Shown in pieces: positions 1 to 13,082 of a stretch of DNA of 38,687 bases; position 1 is the first letter of the stretch; every line of letters begins with the position of its first letter. The notes below the pieces were generated by a model. It saw only the letters and a program-made list of their open reading frames with translations. It searched no databases and was not told where the DNA came from. The stretch is from Cyanobacteria bacterium P01_A01_bin.123 (GTDB lineage Bacteria > Cyanobacteriota > Cyanobacteriia > Phormidesmidales > Phormidesmidaceae). The stretch covers positions 1 to 38,687 of the forward strand of contig JBCBZT010000061.1 of the NCBI GenBank assembly GCA_039815185.1, in the 5' to 3' direction. Made by a program: the position numbers and the translations under genes.

Positions 1-20
1 CTATCGATATCGATAGTGCC
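1..20 (-). terminator. Hairpin 3' of apcC (probable apcABC terminator or ApcZ-like 3' end), cut by the window edge
   Basis: Perfect palindrome ctatcgat|atcgatag at 1-16, about 55 nt downstream of the apcC stop. Any further stem or U-tract lies outside the window. Confidence 0.45.
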
Positions 21-74
21 GACGCTGCTTAAAAGGTTTAAACCTGCAACATTGGTTAGCAACAATGAGTTCTT

Positions 75-278
75 CTAGAGCAAGCCAGCATTCATACCCG
101 GTTTGCCGGTTGCCAATTCAACCTTAACAATCCGACCGCCCATTTTTTGAATTCGCTGCTGTTCACGAAACCAGTTTGTATAGGGGACAAGTTTAGTGAA
201 ATAAGTATTTTGTAACTCGCGCTGTGTCCGGATTCGCGTTTGGCTCGGAACACAAGCCGTAACCTTGAACATCCGCAT
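75..278 (-). CDS. apcC: Phycobilisome 7.8 kDa core linker (Lc7.8)
   Basis: 67 aa, MRMFKVTACVPSQTRIRTQRELQNTYFTKLVPY..WFREQQRIQKMGG. Directly downstream of apcB. Confidence 0.98.
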   Translation of the reverse strand: MRMFKVTACVPSQTRIRTQRELQNTYFTKLVPYTNWFREQQRIQKMGGRIVKVELATGKPGMNAGLL

Positions 279-471
279 GGCAATAGTTCTCCTATGTCGT
301 ATCAGAGCTAAAATCTAACTTCTTAACGGGCTAATGAATCAACAGCTCTAGTTCAATCTCAAACGTATTAATCAAAACCTGAAGTTGCATGCAAACCTTG
401 GTAACCGCTTTACCCAGGGGACTCCACAGTTTTTGCCTCTGATGGGCTAAATTCAGCTATTAATCAGAACA

Positions 472-563
472 TCTGGAAGTCAAGAGTCAATGCTAAACAG
501 CAACAGCAACAAGCCCAACTTAAAATAGCGCTGATGATCTAACACTCACTCCAGACTTCCAGA
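472..563 (-). promoter_or_regulatory. Long intercistronic RNA stem-loop between apcB and apcC
   Basis: Perfect 10-bp inverted repeat tctggaagtc (472-481) / gacttccaga (554-563). The stem extends inward with G-U pairs in the minus (mRNA) orientation. Confidence 0.7.
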
Positions 564-692
564 GCTTCCAGTCAGGATCCGGCTGGGTAAACCCTACCCA
601 AAATCCAGAGTTCAATCTTGTCCACATCCAGATTTCTAACTTTCCCTCAAGCTAAAAACTCAAGTTCTCAAATCAGATGGGACTCAAATGAC

Positions 693-1178
693 CTAGCTCA
701 AGCCGGAGCAGATGTAGTCAAAGTAAACGCCCATTTCTTTACCAGCATCAGCGCCGACTAAAGTAGCGGTTACTTCCTTCATAGCTTGGATAGCCTGAAC
801 CGTTGCACCTACAGGTACACCCAAGGAGTTGTAGGTTTCTTTCAGACCGTTGAGCACCCGCTCATCCAAGATGGAAGGATCCCCAGCCAACATAGCGTAG
901 GTGGAATAGCGGAGATAGTAATCCAAGTCGCGGATGCAGGCAGCATAGCGACGAGTAGTGTACATGTTACCGCCGGGACGGGTGATGTCAGAGTAAAGCA
1001 GGGACTTTGCTACCGCATCCTTTACGATTTCAGCGGCGTTAGCACTGATAGTAGTCGCAGCCCGAACGCGTAGTTCACCCGTCTGGAAATAGACCTTGAG
1101 CTTTTCCATGGATGAACCGTCAAGGTACTTACCCTGAACGTCTGAAGAATTAATGACAGCTGTGATTGCGTCTTGCAT
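693..1178 (-). CDS. apcB: Allophycocyanin beta subunit
   Basis: 161 aa, [20 protein letters not shown] start, GGNMY methyl-Asn site, chromophore Cys in [11 protein letters not shown]. Confidence 0.99.
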   Translation of the reverse strand: MQDAITAVINSSDVQGKYLDGSSMEKLKVYFQTGELRVRAATTISANAAEIVKDAVAKSLLYSDITRPGGNMYTTRRYAACIRDLDYYLRYSTYAMLAGDPSILDERVLNGLKETYNSLGVPVGATVQAIQAMKEVTATLVGADAGKEMGVYFDYICSGLS

Positions 1179-1230
1179 GATTTTGCTTCCTTAAAATAAC
1201 CAGTGTCTCAACAAATAACTCGACCGATGC

Positions 1231-1716
1231 TTATTGCATTGCGCCAACAACATAGTCAAAGTAAGAAGCTGCTTCAGCAGCATCTTCGCCAGACAATAGA
1301 GAAGAAGCCACGCCCTTCATGCAACGAACAGCTTCTGCAACAGCAGGTATAGAAGTGCCTAGAGAGTTGTACATCTCACGCACACCTACCAAACCAATCT
1401 CTTCAATGGGGGTGACATCTCCTGCAACCACACCGTAGGTAATCAGACGCAGATAATAGTCCATATCACGTAGGCAGGTCGCCGTCATCTCTTCACCGTA
1501 GGCATTACCGCCGGGAGAAACAACATCAGGGCGCTTTTGGAAAAGCTGATCGCCAGCTTGCTTAATAATGCGCTCACGGGACTCGGTCAAAACCTGGGCA
1601 ATGCGCAGGCGGCGTTCACCTGAGGTGACAAACCCCTTGATGCGATCTAATTCACCAGGGCTGAGGTAACGAGCCTCAGCATCGGCGTTCACGATTGATT
1701 TCGTGACAATACTCAT
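1231..1716 (-). CDS. apcA: Allophycocyanin alpha subunit
   Basis: 161 aa, [27 protein letters not shown] start, chromophore Cys in [16 protein letters not shown] ribosome-binding site upstream. Confidence 0.99.
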   Translation of the reverse strand: MSIVTKSIVNADAEARYLSPGELDRIKGFVTSGERRLRIAQVLTESRERIIKQAGDQLFQKRPDVVSPGGNAYGEEMTATCLRDMDYYLRLITYGVVAGDVTPIEEIGLVGVREMYNSLGTSIPAVAEAVRCMKGVASSLLSGEDAAEAASYFDYVVGAMQ

Positions 1717-2222
1717 GGATGGATTCCTCCAAAAGAATTTAACCAGACTTGTTTTAACTGGCGTACACCTGATAAACGGTGTTGGGCCAAAAGCCTAAAT
1801 CTAAGAGATTTAGCACACTAAACCATCGAGTGTTGCTGTGGAACCCAACAATGGCCGTGCATGAAACGATGAGACAGGCGCTAAACACAAAAGACACTGA
1901 GTTTAATGTCTCAAAAAAGCAGGATCTCATCTTAAGGTTCGATAGACCTGCTTAATCTGTCTTGAATTCTTAGCTGCTCAACAACCTCACCGAGGATATT
2001 TTCCGGTATTGAGCTAGTCTTCCTAGGGATTCCGCAATATTTTGTAACATACATACTCAGTTTTGAAGAAATCAAGTAACCCTGCACAGCTAAAAGGATT
2101 AACCGATTTTCTCAAAACCAGAAAATTAAGCTGAATCTAATTTAACCCACCCCTGGGTTGATTTTTTCAGCCAAACGTTACAAAAATTAAATTTCGGCAA
2201 TCAATAGATATTCCATCTCAAA

Positions 2223-2268
2223 CTCGGCCAGACCAAACTGCCCCAATGGACAACCTGTTCTGGCCGAG
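2223..2268 (-). terminator. Stem-loop immediately 3' of apcE
   Basis: Perfect 10-bp inverted repeat ctcggccaga / tctggccgag. It extends to about 18 bp with G-U pairs on the minus strand and is followed by UUU. Confidence 0.7.
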
Positions 2269-2281
2269 CACTTAGCGGGGC

Positions 2282-5032
<2,751 letters not shown>

Positions 5033-5044
5033 TCAAAGGCTCCC

Positions 5045-5076
5045 TTCAAAATGGTGACTGTTCAAAATAGTGACTG
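5045..5076. repeat. 16-bp tandem direct repeat just upstream of the apcE ribosome-binding site
   Basis: ttcaaaatggtgactg / ttcaaaatagtgactg, one mismatch. Confidence 0.85.
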
Positions 5077-5471
5077 TATCGTCCCTGTCTGGGCTTATTC
5101 CACACGTCGCTTACTGCGAGTCGGGCTCAACCGACAAAACCCTAATTTCCCTAAAGCTACTGGCGACCCAATGGGCCCAAGATCTTAGAAAAATGAGACT
5201 GAAGTTTCAGGCAGATTAGCTCGAGCTGAATCTTGATAACCCAGGCTTTCAGATTAAAACGATTTAGAGACGCTACACTCATTTATCAAAACTGTGTAAC
5301 ATCTCGTTTCTTTTTATCTGCCAGCGATCATAGACTGAAGCGGTTACTTTTCTGAAATGATCCCTAAGTTTTGTTACGCACAGCTCGGCAGGAGTTTCCC
5401 TAATTAATGCCATTGCTTTTAGAGCCACAATGCTGACGCAAAAATCCATTGTCCATTAAGTATTGTTGCCG

Positions 5472-5480
5472 TGATATGAT
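5472..5480 (+). promoter_or_regulatory. Candidate extended -10 promoter of the atp1 operon
   Basis: TG-a-TATGAT, 55 nt upstream of the atp1 GTG start. Confidence 0.45.
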
Positions 5481-5535
5481 CCACTTGATTAATTCGAAGG
5501 CTAAGAACGCTTGAACGGCAAGGATTTGAACGCCC

Positions 5536-5982
5536 GTGACTTTCTCAGAAAATCAGATAGAGTTTGATGGCACTGAAACCTTTGAGGAAACTTCCCCTGC
5601 TGATGCTTCGGATAGGCAGGCTGTTTTATCATCGATGGAAGATTATTACAGGCTCCAGCAAAATCTCCTGAGATTCACCCTGATTCTGTCAGCCGTCATC
5701 TTCGGATTTGTTTGGGTGTTCTATTCACTACACGTTGCTCTGAATTATTTAATTGGAGCGTGCACAGGTGTGGTTTACTTGAGAATGTTGGCAAAGGGTG
5801 TTGCTGAACTAGGACGACAGCGCCAGCGTTTGGGTAGTGGCCGCCTAGCTCTATTTATTGGCTTAATGGTGGTAGCAACTCAATGGCAGCAGTTGGAAAT
5901 CGTGCCAGTCTTCCTCGGGTTTCTAACCTACAAGGCCTCTCTGATTGGTTACACAATCTGGACATCTATTCCGACTGAGTAG
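5536..5982 (+). CDS. atp1: ATP synthase protein I (Atp1/UncI)
   Basis: SMEDYYRLQQNL...ALNYLIGACTGVVYLRMLAK...FLGFLTYKA. Hydrophobic, first gene of the atp operon. GTG start is uncertain. Confidence 0.92.
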   Translation: MTFSENQIEFDGTETFEETSPADASDRQAVLSSMEDYYRLQQNLLRFTLILSAVIFGFVWVFYSLHVALNYLIGACTGVVYLRMLAKGVAELGRQRQRLGSGRLALFIGLMVVATQWQQLEIVPVFLGFLTYKASLIGYTIWTSIPTE

Positions 5983-6048
5983 CCCTTTTGGTGTCGATAG
6001 TCTAACACTCTTTTTTTCTGAAGATTCCTACGGAAACCTTAAAAATTT

Positions 6049-6804
6049 ATGGGGATGTTGAACTCACTATCTATCTTTTCTCCCTTACCCCTGGCCGAAT
6101 TAGAGGTTGGGCAACATCTTTACTGGCACTTGGGTAACTTCAAGGTTCATGGCCAAGTTTTTCTGACATCTTGGTTCGTCATTGGTGTTTTAGTCGTTGC
6201 ATCACTGTTGGCAACCCGCAAGGTCGAACGAGTTCCGTCAGGGCTTCAGAACTTCATGGAGTACGGCCTCGAATTCATTCGAGACTTGGCTAAAAACCAG
6301 ATAGGTGAAAAGGAGTACCGCCCTTGGGTACCGTTCGTGGGCACTCTGTTTTTGTTTATCTTTGTGTCCAACTGGTCAGGTGCGCTGATGCCTTGGCGTT
6401 TGATTGAACTCCCGGCTGGAGAACTCGCGGCACCAACCAATGATATCAACACTACGGTTGCGCTTGCTTTGCTCACCTCTCTAGCCTACTTTTATGCAGG
6501 GTTTAGCAAACGTGGATTGGGTTACTTTGCCCGCTATATTGAACCCACGCCAATTTTGCTACCGATTAATATCCTTGAAGATTTCACCAAGCCCTTATCC
6601 CTAAGCTTCCGTCTTTTCGGAAACATTTTGGCAGATGAGTTGGTGGTTGCTGTGCTTGTATTGCTGGTACCTCTGTTTGTACCCTTGCCTGTGATGGCAC
6701 TTGGGTTATTTACTAGCGCGATTCAAGCTCTAATTTTTGCAACTCTAGCTGCTGCTTACATTGGTGAAGCCATGGAAGGGCATGGTTCAGAAGAGCATGA
6801 GTGA
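6049..6804 (+). CDS. atpB: ATP synthase Fo subunit a (cyanobacterial name atpI)
   Basis: [22 protein letters not shown] and [14 protein letters not shown] with the essential Arg. Confidence 0.99.
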   Translation: MGMLNSLSIFSPLPLAELEVGQHLYWHLGNFKVHGQVFLTSWFVIGVLVVASLLATRKVERVPSGLQNFMEYGLEFIRDLAKNQIGEKEYRPWVPFVGTLFLFIFVSNWSGALMPWRLIELPAGELAAPTNDINTTVALALLTSLAYFYAGFSKRGLGYFARYIEPTPILLPINILEDFTKPLSLSFRLFGNILADELVVAVLVLLVPLFVPLPVMALGLFTSAIQALIFATLAAAYIGEAMEGHGSEEHE

Positions 6805-6948
6805 TGGCTAAGTAGCTGTTGTTCAGTTGAAGAGTGTCAGTTGATTGCCGCGTTGTCGGTCAATGCTGGCTGCGTGAGCCGGGTTCATTATTAAGGTTCG
6901 AACCTTGTCCGTCTCCCCATACTGTGTTTGATGTCGATTGTTCATTGA

Positions 6949-7206
<258 letters not shown>

Positions 7207-7217
7207 GCATGTTTGAG

Positions 7218-7254
7218 CGACTGTGGAAGCTTGAACAGCCTCCACAGTCGTTTT
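7218..7254 (+). terminator. Intercistronic hairpin / partial terminator after subunit c
   Basis: cgactgtgga-a-gct / agc-c-tccacagtcg, followed by TTTT. Confidence 0.75.
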
Positions 7255-7318
7255 GAAACAGGCTATAAAGATTGTCTGATTTCAAGTTTATACCCTCAAA
7301 ATTGTTGAGAGTCTCGAT

Positions 7319-7804
7319 ATGATGCATTGGATAGCTCTATTTGCTGTAGAAGCTGCAGCAGAAGAGGCAGGTGGCTTATTTGACTTTGATGCAACCCTGC
7401 CACTGATGGCCGTTCAGTTTTTAATATTGGCGGCCATTTTGAACGCGGTTTTCTACAAACCTCTAGGCAAAGCCATTGACGAACGCGATGACTACGTTCG
7501 TTCAAGTCAATCTGAAGCAAAGGAGCGCCTTGCTAAAGCCGAGCGTCTCGCAAAAGAGTATGAGCAGTCTCTAGCCGATACTCGCCGACAAGCTCAAGCA
7601 GTTATTGCTGAGGCTCAAACTGAGGCCCAAAAAATCTCAGCTGAGAAGATTGCAGCAGCTCAGCAGGAAGCCCAGGCTCAACGAGAGCAAGTCCAACAAG
7701 AAATTGAGCAGCAGAAGCAGACTGCCTTTTCGGCATTAGAGCAGCAGGTCGATGGTTTGAGCAAGCAAATTCTTGACAAGTTGTTGGGGCAAGTCGCGGC
7801 CTAG
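7319..7804 (+). CDS. atpF2: ATP synthase Fo subunit b' (cyanobacterial name atpG)
   Basis: [25 protein letters not shown] signature followed by a long coiled coil. Confidence 0.96.
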   Translation: MMHWIALFAVEAAAEEAGGLFDFDATLPLMAVQFLILAAILNAVFYKPLGKAIDERDDYVRSSQSEAKERLAKAERLAKEYEQSLADTRRQAQAVIAEAQTEAQKISAEKIAAAQQEAQAQREQVQQEIEQQKQTAFSALEQQVDGLSKQILDKLLGQVAA

Positions 7805-7932
7805 GGCCTTCTTGCCATGGGCTTGGATAATATTTCAGGGTTATCTATGAGAATTGGCTGTTTCAGAAAAGAACCTGCACTGTGTTAGATGCAGGGTCAG
7901 GTTGTGAGCAGCATGAGGTACGGTGAAGGCTG

Positions 7933-8463
7933 ATGGAAGCTATGAATATTTTGTGGTTGCTAGCTGTTGAAGAGGCTGAAGTTGGGCTCAATTTTGATGT
8001 CCTTGAGACTAACATTATTAACTTAGTCATCATCATCGGTGTCTTGGTTTACTTTGGCAGCAAATTCTTAGGCAATACTTTAAGTAGTCGTCGTTCGGAC
8101 ATTGAAACCGCGATTCGAGACGCGGAGCAGCGCAAGCAGGTTGCCTCATCTGCCCTGGCTGAGGAGCAGCAAAAGCTAGCTCAGGCTCAGGTCAATGCAG
8201 AGCAGATTAAAGCAGATGCGCAGGTAAGTGCAAATAAAGCTAGAGAAACCGTTTTGGCCCAGGCTGAGCAGGATGTTGAAAGGCTCAGAGCGGCAGCGGC
8301 ACAGGATTTATCTGCTCAACAAGAGCGGGTTATCCGAGAGCTTAGGCAGCGGATTGCTGCTTTAGTGATCACACAGGTAGAAAATGAACTCCCAAGTCAC
8401 TTGAATGGAGATGTTCAGAAGCGTTTGGTGGATCAGAGTATTGCATTGTTAGGAGGTCGCTAA
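7933..8463 (+). CDS. atpF: ATP synthase Fo subunit b
   Basis: LNFDVLETNIINLVIIIGVLVYFG signature. The stop overlaps the delta start (TAATG). Confidence 0.96.
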   Translation: MEAMNILWLLAVEEAEVGLNFDVLETNIINLVIIIGVLVYFGSKFLGNTLSSRRSDIETAIRDAEQRKQVASSALAEEQQKLAQAQVNAEQIKADAQVSANKARETVLAQAEQDVERLRAAAAQDLSAQQERVIRELRQRIAALVITQVENELPSHLNGDVQKRLVDQSIALLGGR

Positions 8464-9023
8464 TGGCCGCGGGTATCGTTACATCAGATATTTTTGAACC
8501 CTATGCGAAGGCACTAATGTCTCTCGCGCAGAGCCATGACCTAGTCGACCGCATTGGTGAAGACGCAGCGACTGTGTTAGAGGCACTGGATAATTCTGAT
8601 GAGTTAGTCCAGTTTTTAGGCAGTCCGTTAGTAAATGAGGATGGTAAGAAGGCTGTTTTGAGGCAGGTTTTTGCCGAAACACTGCATCCCTATAGTCTCA
8701 ATTTTTTGATGATTCTCGTTGATCGCAACCGAGCCACATATACATTTGGCATCTTTAATCAGTATCAGATACTGCTACGGGAATTGAAAGGTGTTGTTCT
8801 AGCCGAGGTGGTTTCTGCCGTTGGATTGTCTGAGGATCAAGCCAATTTGGTTCGCCAGCGTGTGCTTGAGATGACGGGTGCCAGTGGTGTGGAGTTAGAA
8901 TCCACAGTCGATAGTGATTTGCTTGGGGGCGTCATTATCAAGGTAGGCTCCCAGGTGATCGACGCTAGTCTGCGGAGCCAGATTCGTCGCCTGAGTTTGC
9001 AGTTAAGCAGTGTTGTGGTCTAG
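8463..9023 (+). CDS. atpH: ATP synthase F1 delta subunit (cyanobacterial name atpD)
   Basis: EPYAKALMSLA...DLLGGVIIKVGSQVIDASLR. Confidence 0.97.
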   Translation: MAAGIVTSDIFEPYAKALMSLAQSHDLVDRIGEDAATVLEALDNSDELVQFLGSPLVNEDGKKAVLRQVFAETLHPYSLNFLMILVDRNRATYTFGIFNQYQILLRELKGVVLAEVVSAVGLSEDQANLVRQRVLEMTGASGVELESTVDSDLLGGVIIKVGSQVIDASLRSQIRRLSLQLSSVVV

Positions 9024-9107
9024 GGCAAAGGTAGCTTTGCGCTTGTGGCTGGGGCCACATCTGTGATTGTCCGTTGTTGAGTATTGATGAAGTAGAGTAG
9101 CACCCCT

Positions 9108-10625
9108 ATGGTAAGCATCAGACCTGACGAAATTAGCAGTATTATTCGCCAACAGATTGAACAGTACGATCAAGATGTAAAAGTCTCTAATGTCGGTACT
9201 GTATTGCAGGTAGGAGACGGGATTGCCCGGATCTATGGCCTAGAAAAAGCGATGGCAGGGGAACTGCTAGAGTTTGAAGATGGCACAGTGGGCATCGCCT
9301 TAAACCTGGAAGAAGACAATGTTGGGGCCGTACTGATGGGAGACGGTCGCAGTATTCAAGAGGGAAGTTCGGTCACCTCAACGGGCAAAATTGCTGAGAT
9401 CCCGGTTGGGGAAGCCATGCTGGGTCGGGTTGTGGATCCACTGGCGCGCCCCATTGATGGTAAAGGGGATATCCAAACGACTGAAACTCGCTTGATTGAA
9501 TCGCCTGCTCCAGGCATTATTCAGCGGAAGTCTGTATACGAGCCACTGCAAACAGGAATTACGGCGATTGATGCCATGATTCCAGTGGGCCGTGGTCAGC
9601 GTGAACTGATCATTGGTGACCGTCAGACAGGGAAAACTGCGATCGCGATCGATACTATCCTCAATCAAAGCTCAGAGAACGTTGTTTGTGTTTACGTTGC
9701 TGTGGGCCAAAAGGCATCTTCGGTAGCACAAATCGTCGATGTCTTGAGAGAGCGAGGCGCATTGGAATACACCATTGTAGTCGCAGCAAATGCCAACGAC
9801 CCAGCACCACTGCAATACCTGGCACCCTATACCGGCGCTGCTCTGGCTGAGTACTTCATGTATAAAGGTCGTCACACCCTAGTGGTTTACGATGATCTCT
9901 CTAAGCAAGCTCAGGCCTATCGCCAGATGTCTTTGCTGCTGCGCCGCCCACCGGGTCGTGAAGCGTATCCCGGGGATGTCTTCTACTTACACTCTCGTTT
10001 GTTGGAGCGGGCTGCAAAGCTGAGCCCAGAAATGGGTGAGGGAAGCATGACAGCACTGCCCATTATTGAAACTCAAGCGGGTGACGTCTCAGCTTACATT
10101 CCTACCAATGTGATTTCTATCACCGATGGTCAAATCTTCCTATCCTCTGACCTGTTTAACTCGGGTTTGCGCCCGGCCATTAATGCCGGTGTTTCGGTAT
10201 CCCGGGTAGGTGGCGCTGCTCAGATTAAGGCCATGAAAAAGGTGGCGGGTAAGGTCAAGCTAGAGCTAGCCCAGTATGACGAACTGCAAGCGTTTGCCCA
10301 GTTTGCGTCTGATTTGGATGCCGCAACCCAGCAGCAGTTGGCGCGTGGTGCACGGTTAAGGGAATTGCTCAAGCAGCCCCAGTATTCACCCCTGCCTGTG
10401 GAAGAACAAGTGGCAATTATCTACGCCGGGATTAACGGCTATCTGGATGAGATTCCAACCGATAAGGTCGCTGAGTTTGCAATTGAAATGCGAGCCTACT
10501 TCCGTAATAGCAAGCCTAAGTATGCTGAGTTGGTCAAGAGCGAGAAGAAGCTAACTGATGAAATTGTGACTTTGCTGAAGGAAGGGATTGGCGAAGCCAA
10601 GCAGACATTCATGGCTGCAGCTTGA
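9108..10625 (+). CDS. atpA: ATP synthase F1 alpha subunit
   Basis: 505 aa, GDRQTGKT P-loop and [22 protein letters not shown]. Confidence 0.99.
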   Translation: MVSIRPDEISSIIRQQIEQYDQDVKVSNVGTVLQVGDGIARIYGLEKAMAGELLEFEDGTVGIALNLEEDNVGAVLMGDGRSIQEGSSVTSTGKIAEIPVGEAMLGRVVDPLARPIDGKGDIQTTETRLIESPAPGIIQRKSVYEPLQTGITAIDAMIPVGRGQRELIIGDRQTGKTAIAIDTILNQSSENVVCVYVAVGQKASSVAQIVDVLRERGALEYTIVVAANANDPAPLQYLAPYTGAALAEYFMYKGRHTLVVYDDLSKQAQAYRQMSLLLRRPPGREAYPGDVFYLHSRLLERAAKLSPEMGEGSMTALPIIETQAGDVSAYIPTNVISITDGQIFLSSDLFNSGLRPAINAGVSVSRVGGAAQIKAMKKVAGKVKLELAQYDELQAFAQFASDLDAATQQQLARGARLRELLKQPQYSPLPVEEQVAIIYAGINGYLDEIPTDKVAEFAIEMRAYFRNSKPKYAELVKSEKKLTDEIVTLLKEGIGEAKQTFMAAA

Positions 10626-10717
10626 AGTTGATCTCTAACTGTCTACGGGAGAGCGGGATTAATAATGCTTGCCTTCTCTCCCAGAACCTAGCCAAGCGCC
10701 AATGTTGAGGAAGCCCG

Positions 10718-11665
10718 ATGCCTAATCTCAAAGCAATTCGCGATCGCATTAAGACGGTCAAAAACACTCGAAAAATTACAGAAGCGATGCGTCTGGTCGC
10801 GGCAGCTAAGGTTCGTCGCGCCCAAGAGCAGGTGACGGCCACCCGTCCTTTTGCTGATCGGTTGGCCCAAGTCTTGTTTGGCCTACAAACCCGTCTCAAG
10901 TTTGAAGATGTGGATTTGCCCCTACTGCAAAAGCGGGACGTTCAAACTGTTGGGTTGCTGGTGATCTCCGGCGATCGCGGTTTGTGTGGTGGCTACAACA
11001 CGAACGTCATTCGCAGAGCCGAAAATCGCGCTAAAGAACTGACAAAAGAGGGGCTAGATTATAAGTATGTGCTTGTGGGTCGCAAGGCCAATCAGTACTT
11101 TAAGCGTCGGAACGCACCCACTAGTGCTTCATACACAATGCTGGAGCAGATCCCAACGGCGGATGAAGCCGCGATGATCGGTGACGAACTGTTATCGCTG
11201 TTCTTATCTGACTCGGTTGATCGGGTTGAACTGGTCTATACCAAGTTCGTCTCTTTGGTGAGCTCTCGTCCAGTGGTGCAAACTCTGCTGCCTATGGATC
11301 CCCAGGGGCTGGAAGCATCTGATGATGAAATCTTTCGTTTAACGACCCGTGGGGGTCAGTTTAGGGTTGAACGTGAAAAGCTCGAAGCTGAGACCCAAGC
11401 GCTGCCTCAAGACATGATTTTTGAGCAAGATCCGGTACAGATTTTGGATGCGTTGCTACCGCTGTATCTCAACAATCAGATCTTGCGGGCATTGCAAGAA
11501 TCGGCAGCAAGTGAGTTGGCGGCGCGGATGACCGCCATGAATAATGCCAGCGATAACGCCAGTGAGTTGGTTAAGACCCTCACCCTTTCTTATAACAAGG
11601 CGCGTCAGGCGGCCATTACCCAAGAAATTCTTGAGGTCGTTGGTGGTGCTGAAGCCCTGGGTTAA
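10718..11665 (+). CDS. atpG: ATP synthase F1 gamma subunit (cyanobacterial name atpC)
   Basis: [23 protein letters not shown] and [16 protein letters not shown], plus the cyanobacterial [12 protein letters not shown] insert. Confidence 0.99.
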   Translation: MPNLKAIRDRIKTVKNTRKITEAMRLVAAAKVRRAQEQVTATRPFADRLAQVLFGLQTRLKFEDVDLPLLQKRDVQTVGLLVISGDRGLCGGYNTNVIRRAENRAKELTKEGLDYKYVLVGRKANQYFKRRNAPTSASYTMLEQIPTADEAAMIGDELLSLFLSDSVDRVELVYTKFVSLVSSRPVVQTLLPMDPQGLEASDDEIFRLTTRGGQFRVEREKLEAETQALPQDMIFEQDPVQILDALLPLYLNNQILRALQESAASELAARMTAMNNASDNASELVKTLTLSYNKARQAAITQEILEVVGGAEALG

Positions 11666-11699
11666 GGTTTGACTGCTTACCCATCAATGCTCATTGTTT

Positions 11700-11726
11700 A
11701 GAAGGGGCTATGGCCCCTTCTTTTTT
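11700..11726 (+). terminator. Rho-independent terminator of the atp operon
   Basis: agaaggggc-tatg-gccccttct, followed by a T run. Confidence 0.9.
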
Positions 11727-11767
11727 ATGGCTCCGCGGGGAAACTCGCACGATTTTTCACTTTGTCC

Positions 11768-12853
11768 ATGACTGCTATTCCCAACCGTCAAATTCGTCTG
11801 CAGTTTCAGACACCTTATGGCTTTGTCCACCAAGATTTATCAGCGGTGCGATGTGTCAACGATCGCTTCCTATGGCTAGGTTCTGACGAAACCGCTGCCC
11901 TTGAACGCTTAACGCTAGCGGATAAGACTGCTGCAGAACACCACCATATTCCGTTAAGTGATTATCTGGATTTGCCCAATCCTGACGATGAAGAAGTTGA
12001 CGTTGAAGGCATTGCCTATACAGACCATTATCTCTGGGTTGTCGGCTCCCACAGTCTAAAACGGAAAAAGGCCAAACTTGACATCAGCGATGCCGATAAC
12101 ATCGATCGCATGGCTGAACTGGAGCAGGAAGATAATCGCTATCTGCTGGCGCGAATTCCCCATGTGCAGGGTGAGCTATTCAAACTGTGTTCTCATCCAG
12201 ACAACCCTGACATTAACCTAACCGCCGCCCAGATCAAGTTCAAAAAATCAGGCAATCAGCTCATCAAAGCCCTTGAAGATGATCCCCACCTAGGGCCATT
12301 TTTGAAGGCTGATATTCCGGGTAAAGATAATGGCTTTGACATTGAAGGCATTGCTGTATTTCCAGATGAATCGGGTGAGGCTGAGGATATCCGGATTTTT
12401 GTCGGGCTGCGGGGGCCAGTGCTGCGGGGCTGGGCCATCTTACTAGAACTGCAAGTCAAAGATGATGGGGAGGGGGAGCTAAGGCTAGCCAAAATTGGCC
12501 CGGATAAAACCCGCTACCGCAAACACTTTGTCAACTTGCAAGGGTTGGGCATCCGCGATTTGTGTCCGCTGGGGAAAGATCTGCTGATTTTAGCGGGGCC
12601 GACGATGGAACTAGCCGCCTCAGTCAAGCTATTTCGTCTAGAGAACATCGTTCAGATTAAAGACAACGCCTTAATCCAACCCGCTGAAATGCTGGATTTG
12701 CCCTATGGTCAGGGCTACGACAAAGCGGAAGGAATTACGCTTTTGCCGGATGGTGATTTGCTGGTGGTGTATGACTCTCCCGGCAGCGATCGCGTGGATG
12801 ATGCCAGAACCTCAGTTCTGGCTGATGTGTTTGCGATTAATTCGATCTCATAA
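11768..12853 (+). CDS. DUF3616-like protein (probable beta-propeller)
   Basis: DLSAV..LWLGSDE, DVEGIA..YLWVVGSHSLKRKK, IPGKDNGFDIEG and GLRGPVLRGWA motifs. ATG 11768 is preferred over TTG 11762. Confidence 0.75.
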   Translation: MTAIPNRQIRLQFQTPYGFVHQDLSAVRCVNDRFLWLGSDETAALERLTLADKTAAEHHHIPLSDYLDLPNPDDEEVDVEGIAYTDHYLWVVGSHSLKRKKAKLDISDADNIDRMAELEQEDNRYLLARIPHVQGELFKLCSHPDNPDINLTAAQIKFKKSGNQLIKALEDDPHLGPFLKADIPGKDNGFDIEGIAVFPDESGEAEDIRIFVGLRGPVLRGWAILLELQVKDDGEGELRLAKIGPDKTRYRKHFVNLQGLGIRDLCPLGKDLLILAGPTMELAASVKLFRLENIVQIKDNALIQPAEMLDLPYGQGYDKAEGITLLPDGDLLVVYDSPGSDRVDDARTSVLADVFAINSIS

Positions 12854-13082
12854 CCCGAATGGCTATAATCGCTCAAAATGCTTGATGTCCCTTCGACGAT
12901 ACACAGCCGTCAAATACCGATGGTTTGCTGTTGAAATTACAGTCGCAATAGGCTTCATTGCCTTAAAATAGCTTAAAGTCTGGCGCGTTCAATTTTGATT
13001 GGAAGTCCTGCTCTCGCGGAGTTGTGGTTCCTCATGGTGTCCGTGCCGTTTGTTGTCAACCTTAAGACGTGAGGTTTTCCTG

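Noticed and set aside
2044..2056. NtcA site upstream of apcA
   Set aside because: The spacing is GTA-N7-TAC, not the canonical N8.
10718..11665. Missing redox Cys pair in the gamma subunit
   Set aside because: This is normal for cyanobacteria, because the thiol switch is chloroplast-specific.
12999..13082. Cys-containing N-terminal extension of AcnA
   Set aside because: It is most likely an ORF-caller extension from TTG. AcnA-like sequence and a GAGG site point to GTG 13083.
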